This document shows, piece by piece, positions 19,250 to 28,881 of a DNA stretch of 57,153 bases (position 1 is its first letter; every line of letters begins with the position of its first letter). The position numbers were made by a program, and so were the translations under genes. The notes below the pieces were generated by a model. It searched no databases. It saw only the letters and a list, made by a program, of their open reading frames with translations, and was not told the DNA's origin. This DNA comes from Bacteroidales bacterium (GTDB lineage: Bacteria > Bacteroidota > Bacteroidia > Bacteroidales > JAHJDW01). The stretch covers positions 1 to 57,153 of the forward strand of contig JAQUPB010000003.1 of NCBI GenBank assembly GCA_029004185.1. Direction: 5' to 3'.

Positions 19250-19450
19250 ACTTTTTTAATTTTAGTGTTAAGCAGTTTCATGTCAAATAGTATGCCATTA
19301 TTATTTTGCCTGACAAATTGTCGATTTTTCTCCTTTTTTGAACTTATACTATCATTTCTAAATGGCAACACTTTAAAACTTATTTTTAGTATTATTCTTA
19401 TACAACTGAATTATCAAATTACTTCTGACTGACTGCTAATATAAAACCTA

Positions 19451-20422
19451 CTATGATGTTTTGTTTTCATCTGCTTTTATATTAAATTCATATACCTCAG
19501 AATCATTGGGAGCTGGCATTCTCAACATCATTGGGTTTTTATCATTAACTACCTCCAGAAAATTATGAATAAAAATCTGAAGGCATTTTTTTGTCATTCT
19601 TGCATTTTTTAAAATACTGTCAATATTGGTGTCTTGTGGTGACATTACAAATCTCAACAAATTATTTTCTTCTTGAAGTTGTTTTAAGTGAGGTCGAATA
19701 TTGTCAGAAAAACAAGGCATCATCAGGTATCCTTTATTTCCATATTGATTTTGAGAAGCGTCTTTAAAATTCAGACTGTCTAAAGCTACAATAGCTGGTC
19801 GTTTAAAATTTTCTTTTTTATCTTCTTCAATTTGTTCAGGTGTATAATCTCCGTATGGTCTAAAAGCTATGCTTAATCCATGTTTATACTGATTGTAAAA
19901 GAATTTATGTTTTTTATAAAATTCTATAATTGAATTCAAAATTGTTCCAAGTCTTTCTACAGAATCATAAATTACCTTTAATGTTTCTTTTTCTTTATAA
20001 TTTTGGCTTTCATCTTCCGGGTAGTTTGGGAAATGAAAACTCGCACATATATTTTCTTTAGTTAATTTAAAGTTTTTTATTGAGGCTTCAATTTTTCCAG
20101 CTCTATATTGGATTATATTCTTTATAAAATAGTCCTGATTCTTTGATGCATTAATCAACGCAAATAAGTCCTCTACGTATTGCAAGCTATGTTGAATTGC
20201 CTCAAATATTAGTCCGTTACTTATTTCTTGTGATATAGTTTTATCACCTACAGAATTATCTGTCTCTTTTATTTCTTCAATTATTTCTTTATAGAACGTA
20301 TATTTAGATCCCAATATTTTTTTTATTCCATAGATCTGAATGTGTCTCCATTCCGAATAATAAGAAGAAAAGAATCTATTTATTTGTTCTTTATTGATTA
20401 ATATTCTGTCGTGTTTTTTCAT
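19451..20422 (-). CDS. hypothetical protein (323 aa)
   Basis: Long uninterrupted ORF 90 nt downstream of the AAA+ gene on the same strand. No motif recognised. Confidence 0.6.
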   Translation of the reverse strand: MKKHDRILINKEQINRFFSSYYSEWRHIQIYGIKKILGSKYTFYKEIIEEIKETDNSVGDKTISQEISNGLIFEAIQHSLQYVEDLFALINASKNQDYFIKNIIQYRAGKIEASIKNFKLTKENICASFHFPNYPEDESQNYKEKETLKVIYDSVERLGTILNSIIEFYKKHKFFYNQYKHGLSIAFRPYGDYTPEQIEEDKKENFKRPAIVALDSLNFKDASQNQYGNKGYLMMPCFSDNIRPHLKQLQEENNLLRFVMSPQDTNIDSILKNARMTKKCLQIFIHNFLEVVNDKNPMMLRMPAPNDSEVYEFNIKADENKTS

Positions 20423-20512
20423 TTTAATGGCATCCCTAAGAACTTATTTCTTACTATGGGGCTTATAAAAATACATAATGGTTCCTCGAAAACCTAATTC
20501 CACAGCCATATT

Positions 20513-21607
20513 TTATGAACATGCAAATCCAATTTTTTGCGGTTTTTTATTTTCAAATCCCATAGAGTTCATATTATAAATATCAGCCAAAGATATCGAA
20601 TTATCAATGCTTGCAGTTATGCCGATTTTTCCTGCAAGCTTTCGTGCTGTGTGTATTTCAAGTTCATTGAATTCATAACGGGCTATCATTCTTCCCTTGC
20701 GTAAGAGTGCACTGTCAATGTTTTTCAGGTTTGTATTGAATGTACAAATAATTTTGATTGCTAAAGAATCCGACAATAATCCGTCTGTGATGTTAAGCAG
20801 GTTTGAAATAATGTTTGAGCCATCGTTGCCGTTTTCGCGTTCCATTATTAGTTTCTCGCAGTCTTCGAGTATTAGTATTGACCTGTCATGATGTGATATA
20901 AAAGAAATAAATTCCGGTGATATAATACTTTCCAATAAAGCAGGTGGCATGTATATGAATTTTTTGTCAACGGAATTTATCAGATGTCGTATATAGGATG
21001 TTTTTCCGGTGCCATGTTTCCCATGTAGCATAATGATTCCGCCCTTCTTATCATCCCCTAAGGAATTAATGATTATTTTATGTATATTTCTGAAATCATC
21101 GTTGTAGTTATCTTCTATTGCAGTTTCACATGAGTTAACGCTAAGGTCGATTAATTTTAAATTGCTTTCTTGCCGTGTAATCATATAAAAGTTATTTTTC
21201 TTTGATATAGTTTTGAACTTTTGAGCCACTGCAATTATTTCAAGAACCTCTTTCCTGCTTATGTTTTTACCATAAAAAATTTCGACAGCGTACAAACTAA
21301 TGTAAACGCAAAGTGATTTCTTTAAAACAATAAATGTTCTTTCCTTTATTGTTTCCTGTGATTTTTTTCCGATGAATTCTTCAACAGAAATAATCTGCTC
21401 TTCGGTTATGTCGTATTTTTTTAATAATTCATTTATTAGTTTATCTACATCAAATCTGCTTGGAAAAATATTTTCATAACACATCGAAAATAATTCCCTA
21501 AATAACTGCACATATATCTTTCCCCATTTTAAATCGAAATAAGTTGACTGTAGTTCAACGTCATTTTCTTTTGATAAACTAAAATCATAAGTGTTTTTGT
21601 TTTTCAT
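20513..21607 (-). CDS. classical-clade AAA+ ATPase with an unknown N-terminal domain
   Basis: Walker A GKHGTGKTS, Walker B ILILEDCE, sensor-1 CTFNTN, Arg-finger region ALLRKGRM. Confidence 0.85.
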   Translation of the reverse strand: MKNKNTYDFSLSKENDVELQSTYFDLKWGKIYVQLFRELFSMCYENIFPSRFDVDKLINELLKKYDITEEQIISVEEFIGKKSQETIKERTFIVLKKSLCVYISLYAVEIFYGKNISRKEVLEIIAVAQKFKTISKKNNFYMITRQESNLKLIDLSVNSCETAIEDNYNDDFRNIHKIIINSLGDDKKGGIIMLHGKHGTGKTSYIRHLINSVDKKFIYMPPALLESIISPEFISFISHHDRSILILEDCEKLIMERENGNDGSNIISNLLNITDGLLSDSLAIKIICTFNTNLKNIDSALLRKGRMIARYEFNELEIHTARKLAGKIGITASIDNSISLADIYNMNSMGFENKKPQKIGFACS

Positions 21608-21609
21608 TT

Positions 21610-22119
21610 TTATTTTTCGTTTGTTTCATTAAGTAATACTTTCTCTCTTTTAATCCAGATAGTTGCCAAATCATATTTTTGTCTTTTAATGCAATTACAT
21701 TTTCTGAATCTGACATAATCCAATTCATTTAATAAATCTCTTGGATATATTGCGAATACAATGGAATCACTACATTTTACTGAAAGTTCCTTAATGAGCA
21801 CATCGTCTGTAATTAGTAAAATCTTATCATTTGAGGTAAGAATAATTATTTTCCCCGGTTCTCTTTCTGAATTATTTCCGGGAACTTTCTGCGGTTTTTC
21901 AATTAATTCACAAATCACATTTTTAATAATGTCATCAGCAGTTTTCCATTTAGCTTTCGTTTCACATACTTCATAATCCCATTGAATATCTTCGCTTCCA
22001 CAATGGATGCATCTAATATATCTTATTGGTTTTGATTGTTCCTTTTTGGGAATATCGAACAAGCTTTTGCATGACATACAAAACCAATCTTTATCAACTC
22101 CATAATGCTTTTTATTCAT
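21610..22119 (-). CDS. zinc-ribbon protein, unknown function
   Basis: CMSC...CIHCGS forms a four-Cys ribbon near the N-terminus. The stop is 2 nt from the AAA+ start, suggesting an operon. Confidence 0.6.
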   Translation of the reverse strand: MNKKHYGVDKDWFCMSCKSLFDIPKKEQSKPIRYIRCIHCGSEDIQWDYEVCETKAKWKTADDIIKNVICELIEKPQKVPGNNSEREPGKIIILTSNDKILLITDDVLIKELSVKCSDSIVFAIYPRDLLNELDYVRFRKCNCIKRQKYDLATIWIKREKVLLNETNEK

Positions 22120-22213
22120 ACCAAAATATATTTTAATAATAGTTTATTAAGATAATTCGGGGGATTAGATTCCAAAGGTCATGCCAAGAGAGGGGGTGTA
22201 AACAAAATTAAAA

Positions 22214-22265
22214 TGTTGCATCGTTGCATTGTTGCAACAACGAAACAAAATGCAACGATGCAACA
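22214..22265. promoter_or_regulatory. perfect 17-bp inverted repeat (GTTGCA-unit palindrome array) in a divergent intergenic region, a candidate operator
   Basis: TGTTGCATCGTTGCATT (22214-22230) and AATGCAACGATGCAACA (22249-22265). The spacer begins with the palindrome GTTGCAAC. Confidence 0.5.
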
Positions 22266-22377
22266 ACGCGGAAACAAACTATTTTTACTTATCTCTCTCT
22301 TTGAGGTAGTTATGATTAACACCCTTTTATTACTGACATTTCTTATATTTGCACCCGAATTATTAAAGCTAATAAGT

Positions 22378-22686
22378 ATGGATTTTCTGACTTTCGTTAA
22401 ACAGAACTCAAAACAATCGGAAACAGACATTTTAAGTTTTATTAATGCAATTAAAAATATTGATAGTATTCCTGCTTCATCTGACCCACGATTATTGGGA
22501 CGTTATCTTCATTTGAAATTGAATCATCAACAAACTTTGGGATTTCAAAAGTGTATGATGTTTTATAAAGCTATTTGCAAAAACAATGAATTACCGGAGG
22601 AATTGCAAAATGACGAAAAAGCTTTTCTTGGCGCAATAAATCTTATTGTTGAACTGCAGAATAATAATCCAAACTACAAACCCTGA
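22378..22686 (+). CDS. hypothetical small protein (start uncertain)
   Basis: The ORF track starts at 22213 inside the palindrome array. Internal Met codons at 22312 and 22378 are more plausible. No motif recognised. Confidence 0.35.
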   Translation: MDFLTFVKQNSKQSETDILSFINAIKNIDSIPASSDPRLLGRYLHLKLNHQQTLGFQKCMMFYKAICKNNELPEELQNDEKAFLGAINLIVELQNNNPNYKP

Positions 22687-22691
22687 AAGCA

Positions 22692-23708
22692 CTATATAAT
22701 CCATTCGTTATATCTTTTGATGTCGTGGATTATTTGACCTTTCCGATTTATTAAGAATTGAGTCTTGCCTTGTTTAACTACGGCAAACCACCATTTGTAT
22801 TCAGCGGCTTCGGTGTATATAAAATCAATTACGACATCTCCATGTTTATTTATATATCCCCATTTATTTTTCAATTTTACTGGAGCCATGTCATTTATAA
22901 AACTTCCGGCATCATTAAAAATAAAGTCAATAACAGTTTTTCCTTCTGTATCAATGTAGCCCCACTTTCCTTTGTAACGAACTCCGCAGAGTTTTTCTGA
23001 AAATCCGGATGGCGATACTGCATCATAAATGAATGAAACAATTAATTTATCTTCTTTATTAATTATACCCCATTTTTTATTAATTAATACTTCAGTTAGT
23101 CCTTCTTTTGTGAACGGCTTTGCACAATCATACTTAAAATCAATCATCATTTCTCTTTTGTTATTGAAGAATCCGCACTTTTTATTTTTTTGTACCAACA
23201 ATAACTCACTCTCAAATCTCGGATAAACAAAATCATAAATAGCCGGAATAATAATTTCACCTGTTCTGTTTATCAGTCCGTATTTATCGTTATTTATAAC
23301 ATTAGCATATCCTTCATTAAATTTGAAAACGTACTGAAACTGGTAAGAAATAACTGTGTTGCCATGATAATCAACAAAGCCATGAAGTTCGTTGAGTTGT
23401 TGTGAATACAAAGATTTTTCTTTTGAAATAAGAAGTTGTTGCTGTATGTGTTTATTTTCCTCGTCATAATCAAGAACCGACTCGTAGTGGAGTGTAGCAT
23501 CTTCATGAAAACCTTTGGAAAAATAATCGTCTGCCCGGTTTTTCTCAATCCTACAAATGACAATACGTTTAAAGAATTCAAACAAATCATCCGGAAGTGG
23601 CTTTTCCAAATCCTCTGAATTATGCTCTATAATTACAAAGGCAGATTCATAATCGCCATTATTAAAAAAATTAATGGCTTCTTGAAATGCAATTTTAATT
23701 GAACTCAT
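22692..23708 (-). CDS. WG-containing-repeat protein with an N-terminal TPR-like region
   Basis: Repeated KWGYI(N/D)..G..VI.FIY units (KYGLINRTGEIIIPAIYD, KWGIINKEDKLIVSFIYD, KWGYIDTEGKTVIDFIFN, KWGYINKHGDVVIDFIYT). Confidence 0.8.
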   Translation of the reverse strand: MSSIKIAFQEAINFFNNGDYESAFVIIEHNSEDLEKPLPDDLFEFFKRIVICRIEKNRADDYFSKGFHEDATLHYESVLDYDEENKHIQQQLLISKEKSLYSQQLNELHGFVDYHGNTVISYQFQYVFKFNEGYANVINNDKYGLINRTGEIIIPAIYDFVYPRFESELLLVQKNKKCGFFNNKREMMIDFKYDCAKPFTKEGLTEVLINKKWGIINKEDKLIVSFIYDAVSPSGFSEKLCGVRYKGKWGYIDTEGKTVIDFIFNDAGSFINDMAPVKLKNKWGYINKHGDVVIDFIYTEAAEYKWWFAVVKQGKTQFLINRKGQIIHDIKRYNEWII

Positions 23709-23872
23709 TTTTATTTTTATTTATTTGCCCTTTGAAGAATAGCAAAGGTTATACCAACATGGAGGGTACTTTAGAATAAAAATAATTTTCCTTACTTATT
23801 TTTTGGAGTATGTTATATCGTATTTTCTTTTGTTTTTTGACACCGTGGCACTTGGCACAAACCGAATCTTTC

Positions 23873-24391
23873 TTAGTTTTTATTAAAATTAGCTTCATTC
23901 ATTAGTAAGTCGTGTATTAGTCCTGCTTTCGTTTTATTTATGCGATAAATAGCTATGTTATATGGTGTGACTGATTCTCCGCTATAGATACTGATAGCCA
24001 TATCCGAACTAAAAATATTTTTTTTTATGGCAACGTCTCCTATGGTTTTATATGAATATGTTGTTTCATTTATATTAAATAAGTGCCAATTTCTTTTTTT
24101 AGTAATTATTCGTTTCTTCTCTGCATCTACTATAATTATCCAAGGGGTTAAAATATCCCAAAAACCAACTCTTACAGCTTTATTTTTTAATAATTTTTGT
24201 AAATTTTTCTGTTGACGTTCCTCTCTTTCCATACTATCTGCTTCCATTTCCTCTTCTTTGGTCATTAATGTTCTTTTAATATCTTTAAAAATAAATTTGA
24301 TTGGTATTTTTATTATAAAAAAAAGTAAATTTCCTAGTGATGGAAAGAAAATACCCGAAAATGTTGATTTTGCTTCTATTTTCTGTGTCAT
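23873..24391 (-). CDS. hypothetical protein
   Basis: 172-aa ORF with a hydrophobic N-terminus and an acidic linker. No motif recognised. Confidence 0.45.
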   Translation of the reverse strand: MTQKIEAKSTFSGIFFPSLGNLLFFIIKIPIKFIFKDIKRTLMTKEEEMEADSMEREERQQKNLQKLLKNKAVRVGFWDILTPWIIIVDAEKKRIITKKRNWHLFNINETTYSYKTIGDVAIKKNIFSSDMAISIYSGESVTPYNIAIYRINKTKAGLIHDLLMNEANFNKN

Positions 24392-24458
24392 AATTTTATT
24401 TTTAAAAGGTTAATAATTCATGAAATAAGAAATAAGATTTCATTTTTAATTTCTGTCG

Positions 24459-26465
24459 TTAATTTGTAATGAGGATTTTTTGAATTATTACTTCCGAATT
24501 TGTTTTTAATTGCAAAAAGTAAACACCTGCTTTTTGATTTTGTAAATCAACTTCCTTTGTTGCCTGTGTTATTTTTCCGGAATAGATTTTTTGTCCGACT
24601 GAATTATAAATATCAATTATTGCATTTTTCGGTGATTGAACAAAAAATCTGCCATTACTCGGATTTGGGAAAATGTTTATTCCTTTTAAATCTCCTATTT
24701 CATTTACCGACTGCGGAGCATTTGTAGCTACATTAGAACGGGAGGAATTATAGCTGACTCTTGTTGGGTTACATGCATTCGGATTAACAACTTCTACCTG
24801 ATAGTAAACAAATCCTGCAGGTGCAGTAAGATCGGAAAATGAAGTGTTGCCTGCTGTCGTGGAATTAATAAGAGTCAAATTACCGGGATTTGTGCCTCTG
24901 TATATGTCGTATGAAGAAACGGTAAATCCAACATAGTCATTCCAGATTAAATTCCAAGTAGTACCGGAACCTTGATTAATGTTGAGATGCATGGTTTTAT
25001 GAAATGCACTTGTATCCGTTCTATAACCGCATGAGTCTACCATTGATATTTTATAGCTTGCTGATTTTACCTGTGGAGCAGAGCTTGTATCAATGAAAAC
25101 GCTCAAACTATCATAAGGTCGGGATGCGATTTTACTATATACACCGGATACAGTTGTTTCTTTATAAATAATAAATGAATCTATCGGCAATCCGGTAGGT
25201 TTTTCCCATATAACCAAATTTTTACCGCTTGTACTATCAACGCTAACCATACAAATACTCGGCGTTGTCATTTTATCTACAAAAACCTTAATTGAATCAA
25301 CAGCAACACAACCGCTGTCATTGGTTGCGATTACGCTGTAAGTTGTGGATATACCGGGATTAGCTATTGGATTTGCAGTTGTATCATTATTCAATCCTGT
25401 TGACGGAAACCAAGAATATGTAAAAGGTGAATTAATATATTTTAATATTATACCATAAGGAGGCCCATCATAATTATATCCAATAGTATAACCCACGTTT
25501 TTATTTGGAAAATAAACTGAACGTAATTGAGAATTTGTACCACTATTTTGAGCGAACCAATTATCTCCTCCGTTAATAGTTTTTAGTATAATTTTATATC
25601 CAACAGCATAACCTGTGTTAACATCAGTAAAATAAACCGAATATAAAGTACCAGTTGTTCCGCTTGTTTGTGTCGTCCAGTTTAATCCGCCATTGGTCGT
25701 TTTTAAAATTGTTCCTGATTGTCCAACAATATATCCTGTATTGACATCAGGAAAATAAACTGAGTATAAATATTTATTAATTGTTCCGCTTGTTTGTGTA
25801 GTCCAGTTTACCCCACCATTTGTGGTTTTAAATATTGAGTCTTTAGGATCGCCAACAGCATAACCAATATTGACATCAGTAAAATAAACAGAACGTAAAG
25901 CATTGCTCGTTCCGCTTGTTTGTGTAGTCCAGTTTACTCCGCCATTTGTGGTTTTTATTATTATACCTTTATCACCAACGATATAACCAATGTTTTTATT
26001 TGGAAAATAAACTGAAAAGAGACAGTTTTTTGATGTTGAATCCTGCATTATCCAGTTCGTACCTCCATTCGTAGTTTTTAAAATGATTCTAGTAAAAGGA
26101 GGTGTATAAATATCTCTATATCCCACACAATAACCTGTATCCGTATCTGTAAAATAAATTGAACTTAATTGATATAGTGAATCTCCCGAAAATTGTTTTA
26201 CCCAACTTACACCACCATTCGTTGTTTTTAATATTTCATAATAATCAGTAATATAACCGGTATTTGTATCTGTAAAATAAACCGAAGTAAAAAATCCATT
26301 TGAGTCAGGACTTTGTAAAGACAACCATTTATTATTACTCCCGACTGCATTTAATTGTACTGATTGCCCGCAATTAATTGTTTTGTCAGAACCAGCATCA
26401 ACATTGCATTGAGCAAAAATATTTGTACTACCACATAATAGGGCGAATAGTAGAATTTTTTTCAT
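24459..26465 (-). CDS. T9SS-secreted BNR/Ycf48-like beta-propeller repeat protein
   Basis: Signal peptide MKKILLFALLCGSTNIFAQ. At least 7 repeats of K/TTTNGG.NW...SVYF. C-terminal IFPNPSNGRFFV...GVYFLQLK sorting domain. Confidence 0.85.
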   Translation of the reverse strand: MKKILLFALLCGSTNIFAQCNVDAGSDKTINCGQSVQLNAVGSNNKWLSLQSPDSNGFFTSVYFTDTNTGYITDYYEILKTTNGGVSWVKQFSGDSLYQLSSIYFTDTDTGYCVGYRDIYTPPFTRIILKTTNGGTNWIMQDSTSKNCLFSVYFPNKNIGYIVGDKGIIIKTTNGGVNWTTQTSGTSNALRSVYFTDVNIGYAVGDPKDSIFKTTNGGVNWTTQTSGTINKYLYSVYFPDVNTGYIVGQSGTILKTTNGGLNWTTQTSGTTGTLYSVYFTDVNTGYAVGYKIILKTINGGDNWFAQNSGTNSQLRSVYFPNKNVGYTIGYNYDGPPYGIILKYINSPFTYSWFPSTGLNNDTTANPIANPGISTTYSVIATNDSGCVAVDSIKVFVDKMTTPSICMVSVDSTSGKNLVIWEKPTGLPIDSFIIYKETTVSGVYSKIASRPYDSLSVFIDTSSAPQVKSASYKISMVDSCGYRTDTSAFHKTMHLNINQGSGTTWNLIWNDYVGFTVSSYDIYRGTNPGNLTLINSTTAGNTSFSDLTAPAGFVYYQVEVVNPNACNPTRVSYNSSRSNVATNAPQSVNEIGDLKGINIFPNPSNGRFFVQSPKNAIIDIYNSVGQKIYSGKITQATKEVDLQNQKAGVYFLQLKTNSEVIIQKILITN

Positions 26466-26542
26466 AAAATTATTTTATTTGCTCCAGTCCAAAAGCGATT
26501 TATAATATGTACAAATAAAAAACGTGGACTAAAACTATATCC

Positions 26543-26654
26543 GCCCTTAAGGTACTGGTATACCCATCATAGCAAATAAGTAAAGCCCACGCTTAACGTG
26601 AGCGTTCACTTATTATACTTGCTATGATCAAAAAATTACCAGTTTGTTAAGGGC
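26543..26654. repeat. 112-nt long imperfect hairpin (structured RNA, MITE-like or recombination site, undetermined)
   Basis: Nested pairings: GCCCTTAA/TTAAGGGC, ACTGGTA/TACCAGT, ATCATAGCAA/TTGCTATGAT (10 bp), ATAAGT/ACTTAT, ACGCT/AGCGT around the loop TAACGTG. Confidence 0.55.
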
Positions 26655-26884
26655 AAGAATAAAAGTTAACGCTTATTATTTTTTATAAAGAAAGAACGAT
26701 GATTCAATGCATTACAAAGATATGATTTTTTAGTTAAATTATAAAATTGTTTGATTTTTATTCGGTAATAAATACAGCAAAAAACGTACCATGAGGGATG
26801 GTGATGAGAAAATAAAAAAAATTATAAAATTGAAAAAATACTTACCTATCATATCAAGATAATAGTAACTGTCATGTCGTATTA

Positions 26885-28096
26885 TCATTTAAATAATGAA
26901 TTTACATCAAAGTCTTGGTTAAAATAGGTTTTATGGGTCGTGATATTATTTGCCTTAATCCCATAGTCAAATATAAAACGATTATAAATATTTTCAGGCA
27001 TGGGATCAATAATAATTACTTCGGGTGTATTTCTACGTTTATTAAATGCTCTCTTAAATAAAGTGTCCGTCTGAGTATCTGTTGCGGGGAAAGAATAACC
27101 TATAATAATTATTCGGTCAGCTTTAACTAATGATTCCTCCGCCTTGTTCCATAATTGTGAAAAAATATTTCCAAAGTATGAATAGTTTTTACACTTAACG
27201 GGTGGAATTATCAAGGGCATTGAGACCAATCCTTCAGAAGACGCTGTGGCTTCCGGCATCCCTTCAAGTATGATAGCAAAATTAATTAACAAATAGCCAT
27301 CGGGAATTTTTTCACCAATCAAGGGAAGATTCGGTGGATAGTATCCATAAGAATAATCCGCATACCCACTCATGAATCTTCCTTTGAAGGTATTATAAGG
27401 GTTTATGGTTGATTCATAAATATAAAAATCATCTATCGGTATTTCTTGTAGTGATTTTAGTTTATCTCCATCAGATCTTAAACAACTTGTTAACCAATTT
27501 GTAGATCCATGTAGTTTCAGAATAATTGGATAATCCTTTGTCTGGTTATCTTTCGCTTCAATCCATTGGTCCCTATAAACCTTTGTTGGCTTAACTAAAT
27601 AACCATTATCAGCGTTCCAATTACTTGTTTGTTTTAAAGCTCTATCCATTAATGTATCCCAATTAAATGTAATGATAATATCTTCCTTGGTTAAGTTTTT
27701 TGCCAAATTAAGATGTGATGCAGATGGTGGCCCATTTTGTATTTCATTAATTACACTTGCAAAAACGAAAATCAGTTGAATATAAGTTTTATAAATCAAA
27801 GTATTATCGGTACTATTGAAAATATTTTCTTTTTTTTCAAAGAGTTGGTTTAGCTTTTCTTCAACCTCACTGTGTAGTATCTCTATATCTTCATTATAGG
27901 TCAAGAAACCTGTCCAAGGAATATTATGAAAGTCCTTCAAGTAATTAGTGATGTCACCAATTAAAACCCAACGATTTTCTGCTATTCGGAGTTTGTGAAA
28001 TGTCTTAAAAAAATCCTTCGCAATAGGCATTTTTACTTTTGTCGGAGAGTCAATATAACTTTTTGATGCACCTGCACCAAGCAAAAACAAGTTCAT
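26885..28096 (-). CDS. SIR2-like (SIR2_2 family) protein, putative NAD+-consuming effector
   Basis: N-terminal LFLLGAGASKS, IITFNWDTLMD (Asn/Asp) and ILKLHGSTNW (His), the hallmark strings of defence-type SIR2 domains. Confidence 0.8.
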   Translation of the reverse strand: MNLFLLGAGASKSYIDSPTKVKMPIAKDFFKTFHKLRIAENRWVLIGDITNYLKDFHNIPWTGFLTYNEDIEILHSEVEEKLNQLFEKKENIFNSTDNTLIYKTYIQLIFVFASVINEIQNGPPSASHLNLAKNLTKEDIIITFNWDTLMDRALKQTSNWNADNGYLVKPTKVYRDQWIEAKDNQTKDYPIILKLHGSTNWLTSCLRSDGDKLKSLQEIPIDDFYIYESTINPYNTFKGRFMSGYADYSYGYYPPNLPLIGEKIPDGYLLINFAIILEGMPEATASSEGLVSMPLIIPPVKCKNYSYFGNIFSQLWNKAEESLVKADRIIIIGYSFPATDTQTDTLFKRAFNKRRNTPEVIIIDPMPENIYNRFIFDYGIKANNITTHKTYFNQDFDVNSLFK

Positions 28097-28133
28097 TTAT
28101 CAATTTTTACTGTGTATTAAATGCATGTGTTCA

Positions 28134-28799
28134 TTAGTGTTCATATTTTTTCTCTTTATCGTCTATTAGCCTCTCAAATTCCAGTCCAAGTATTTTTAAT
28201 TTTCTTGCAAAGGGAACAATAACAAGTCCAATGATTATAGCAATTATTCCAAGCCTTTCTGTTGTAATTGAAATACAACCTTTAAAATCAAAATAGAGAA
28301 GTAAAAAAATTATTGAAGCAAGAAACCAACAAATAAATCGGAACCAATTAAAAAATTTCTTTTTATCTTTTTCGTTTTTACTAACAGCTTTAGAAAGAAA
28401 ACTGTTCTTCAAATTTCTAAATTGTGGAATTGTAGGGATTAATTTCAAAACTTCTTTCCCATTATCTTCAGTTAAAAAATATATCTCAAATCCTTCGGTA
28501 TTGTCTGCCCCAAAAACTAAATAAAGTGGAATTGTATCATCTCCAAGAATTTCTGCGTATTTTTTAAGTTGTTCAATCGCAATATTTTCAGATTCCTTTC
28601 GTCTTTGTCTTTTGAACTCGAATAATGCAACAGGTCGTTTTGAAATATTATCAATTACGGCCATGTCTACACGGTATTTACTTGATACTTTCCACTCAAG
28701 CATTATGGATTCTTCTGGATATCCGTGCTGAATTAAAAAGTCAGTAACACGTTTTAAAATGTCTAAATCTCTTTCCATTATTTTTAGTTTTAAAATCAA
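28134..28799 (-). CDS. HSDR_N/Mrr-like PD-(D/E)xK-fold domain protein with two C-terminal TM helices
   Basis: GYPEESIMLEW...YRVDMAVID...PVALFEFKR (D...E-x-K). TM helices FRFICWFLASIIFLLLYF and LGIIAIIIGLVIVPFA. An alternative start lies at 28778. Confidence 0.65.
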   Translation of the reverse strand: MILKLKIMERDLDILKRVTDFLIQHGYPEESIMLEWKVSSKYRVDMAVIDNISKRPVALFEFKRQRRKESENIAIEQLKKYAEILGDDTIPLYLVFGADNTEGFEIYFLTEDNGKEVLKLIPTIPQFRNLKNSFLSKAVSKNEKDKKKFFNWFRFICWFLASIIFLLLYFDFKGCISITTERLGIIAIIIGLVIVPFARKLKILGLEFERLIDDKEKKYEH

Positions 28800-28881
28800 T
28801 CTAAATTCTATTCCCTCTTCTCACACTCCGCTATAGATTGTAAAAAATTAACAATATATGAGTTTACCTTTATTTTGTGTA

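Noticed and set aside
22179-22430. 83-aa minus-strand ORF, and the 22213 start of the plus-strand ORF.
   Set aside because: Both read through the GTTGCA palindrome array, which is symmetric and therefore open in both directions. They overlap each other, and a non-coding regulatory role for the array is more plausible.
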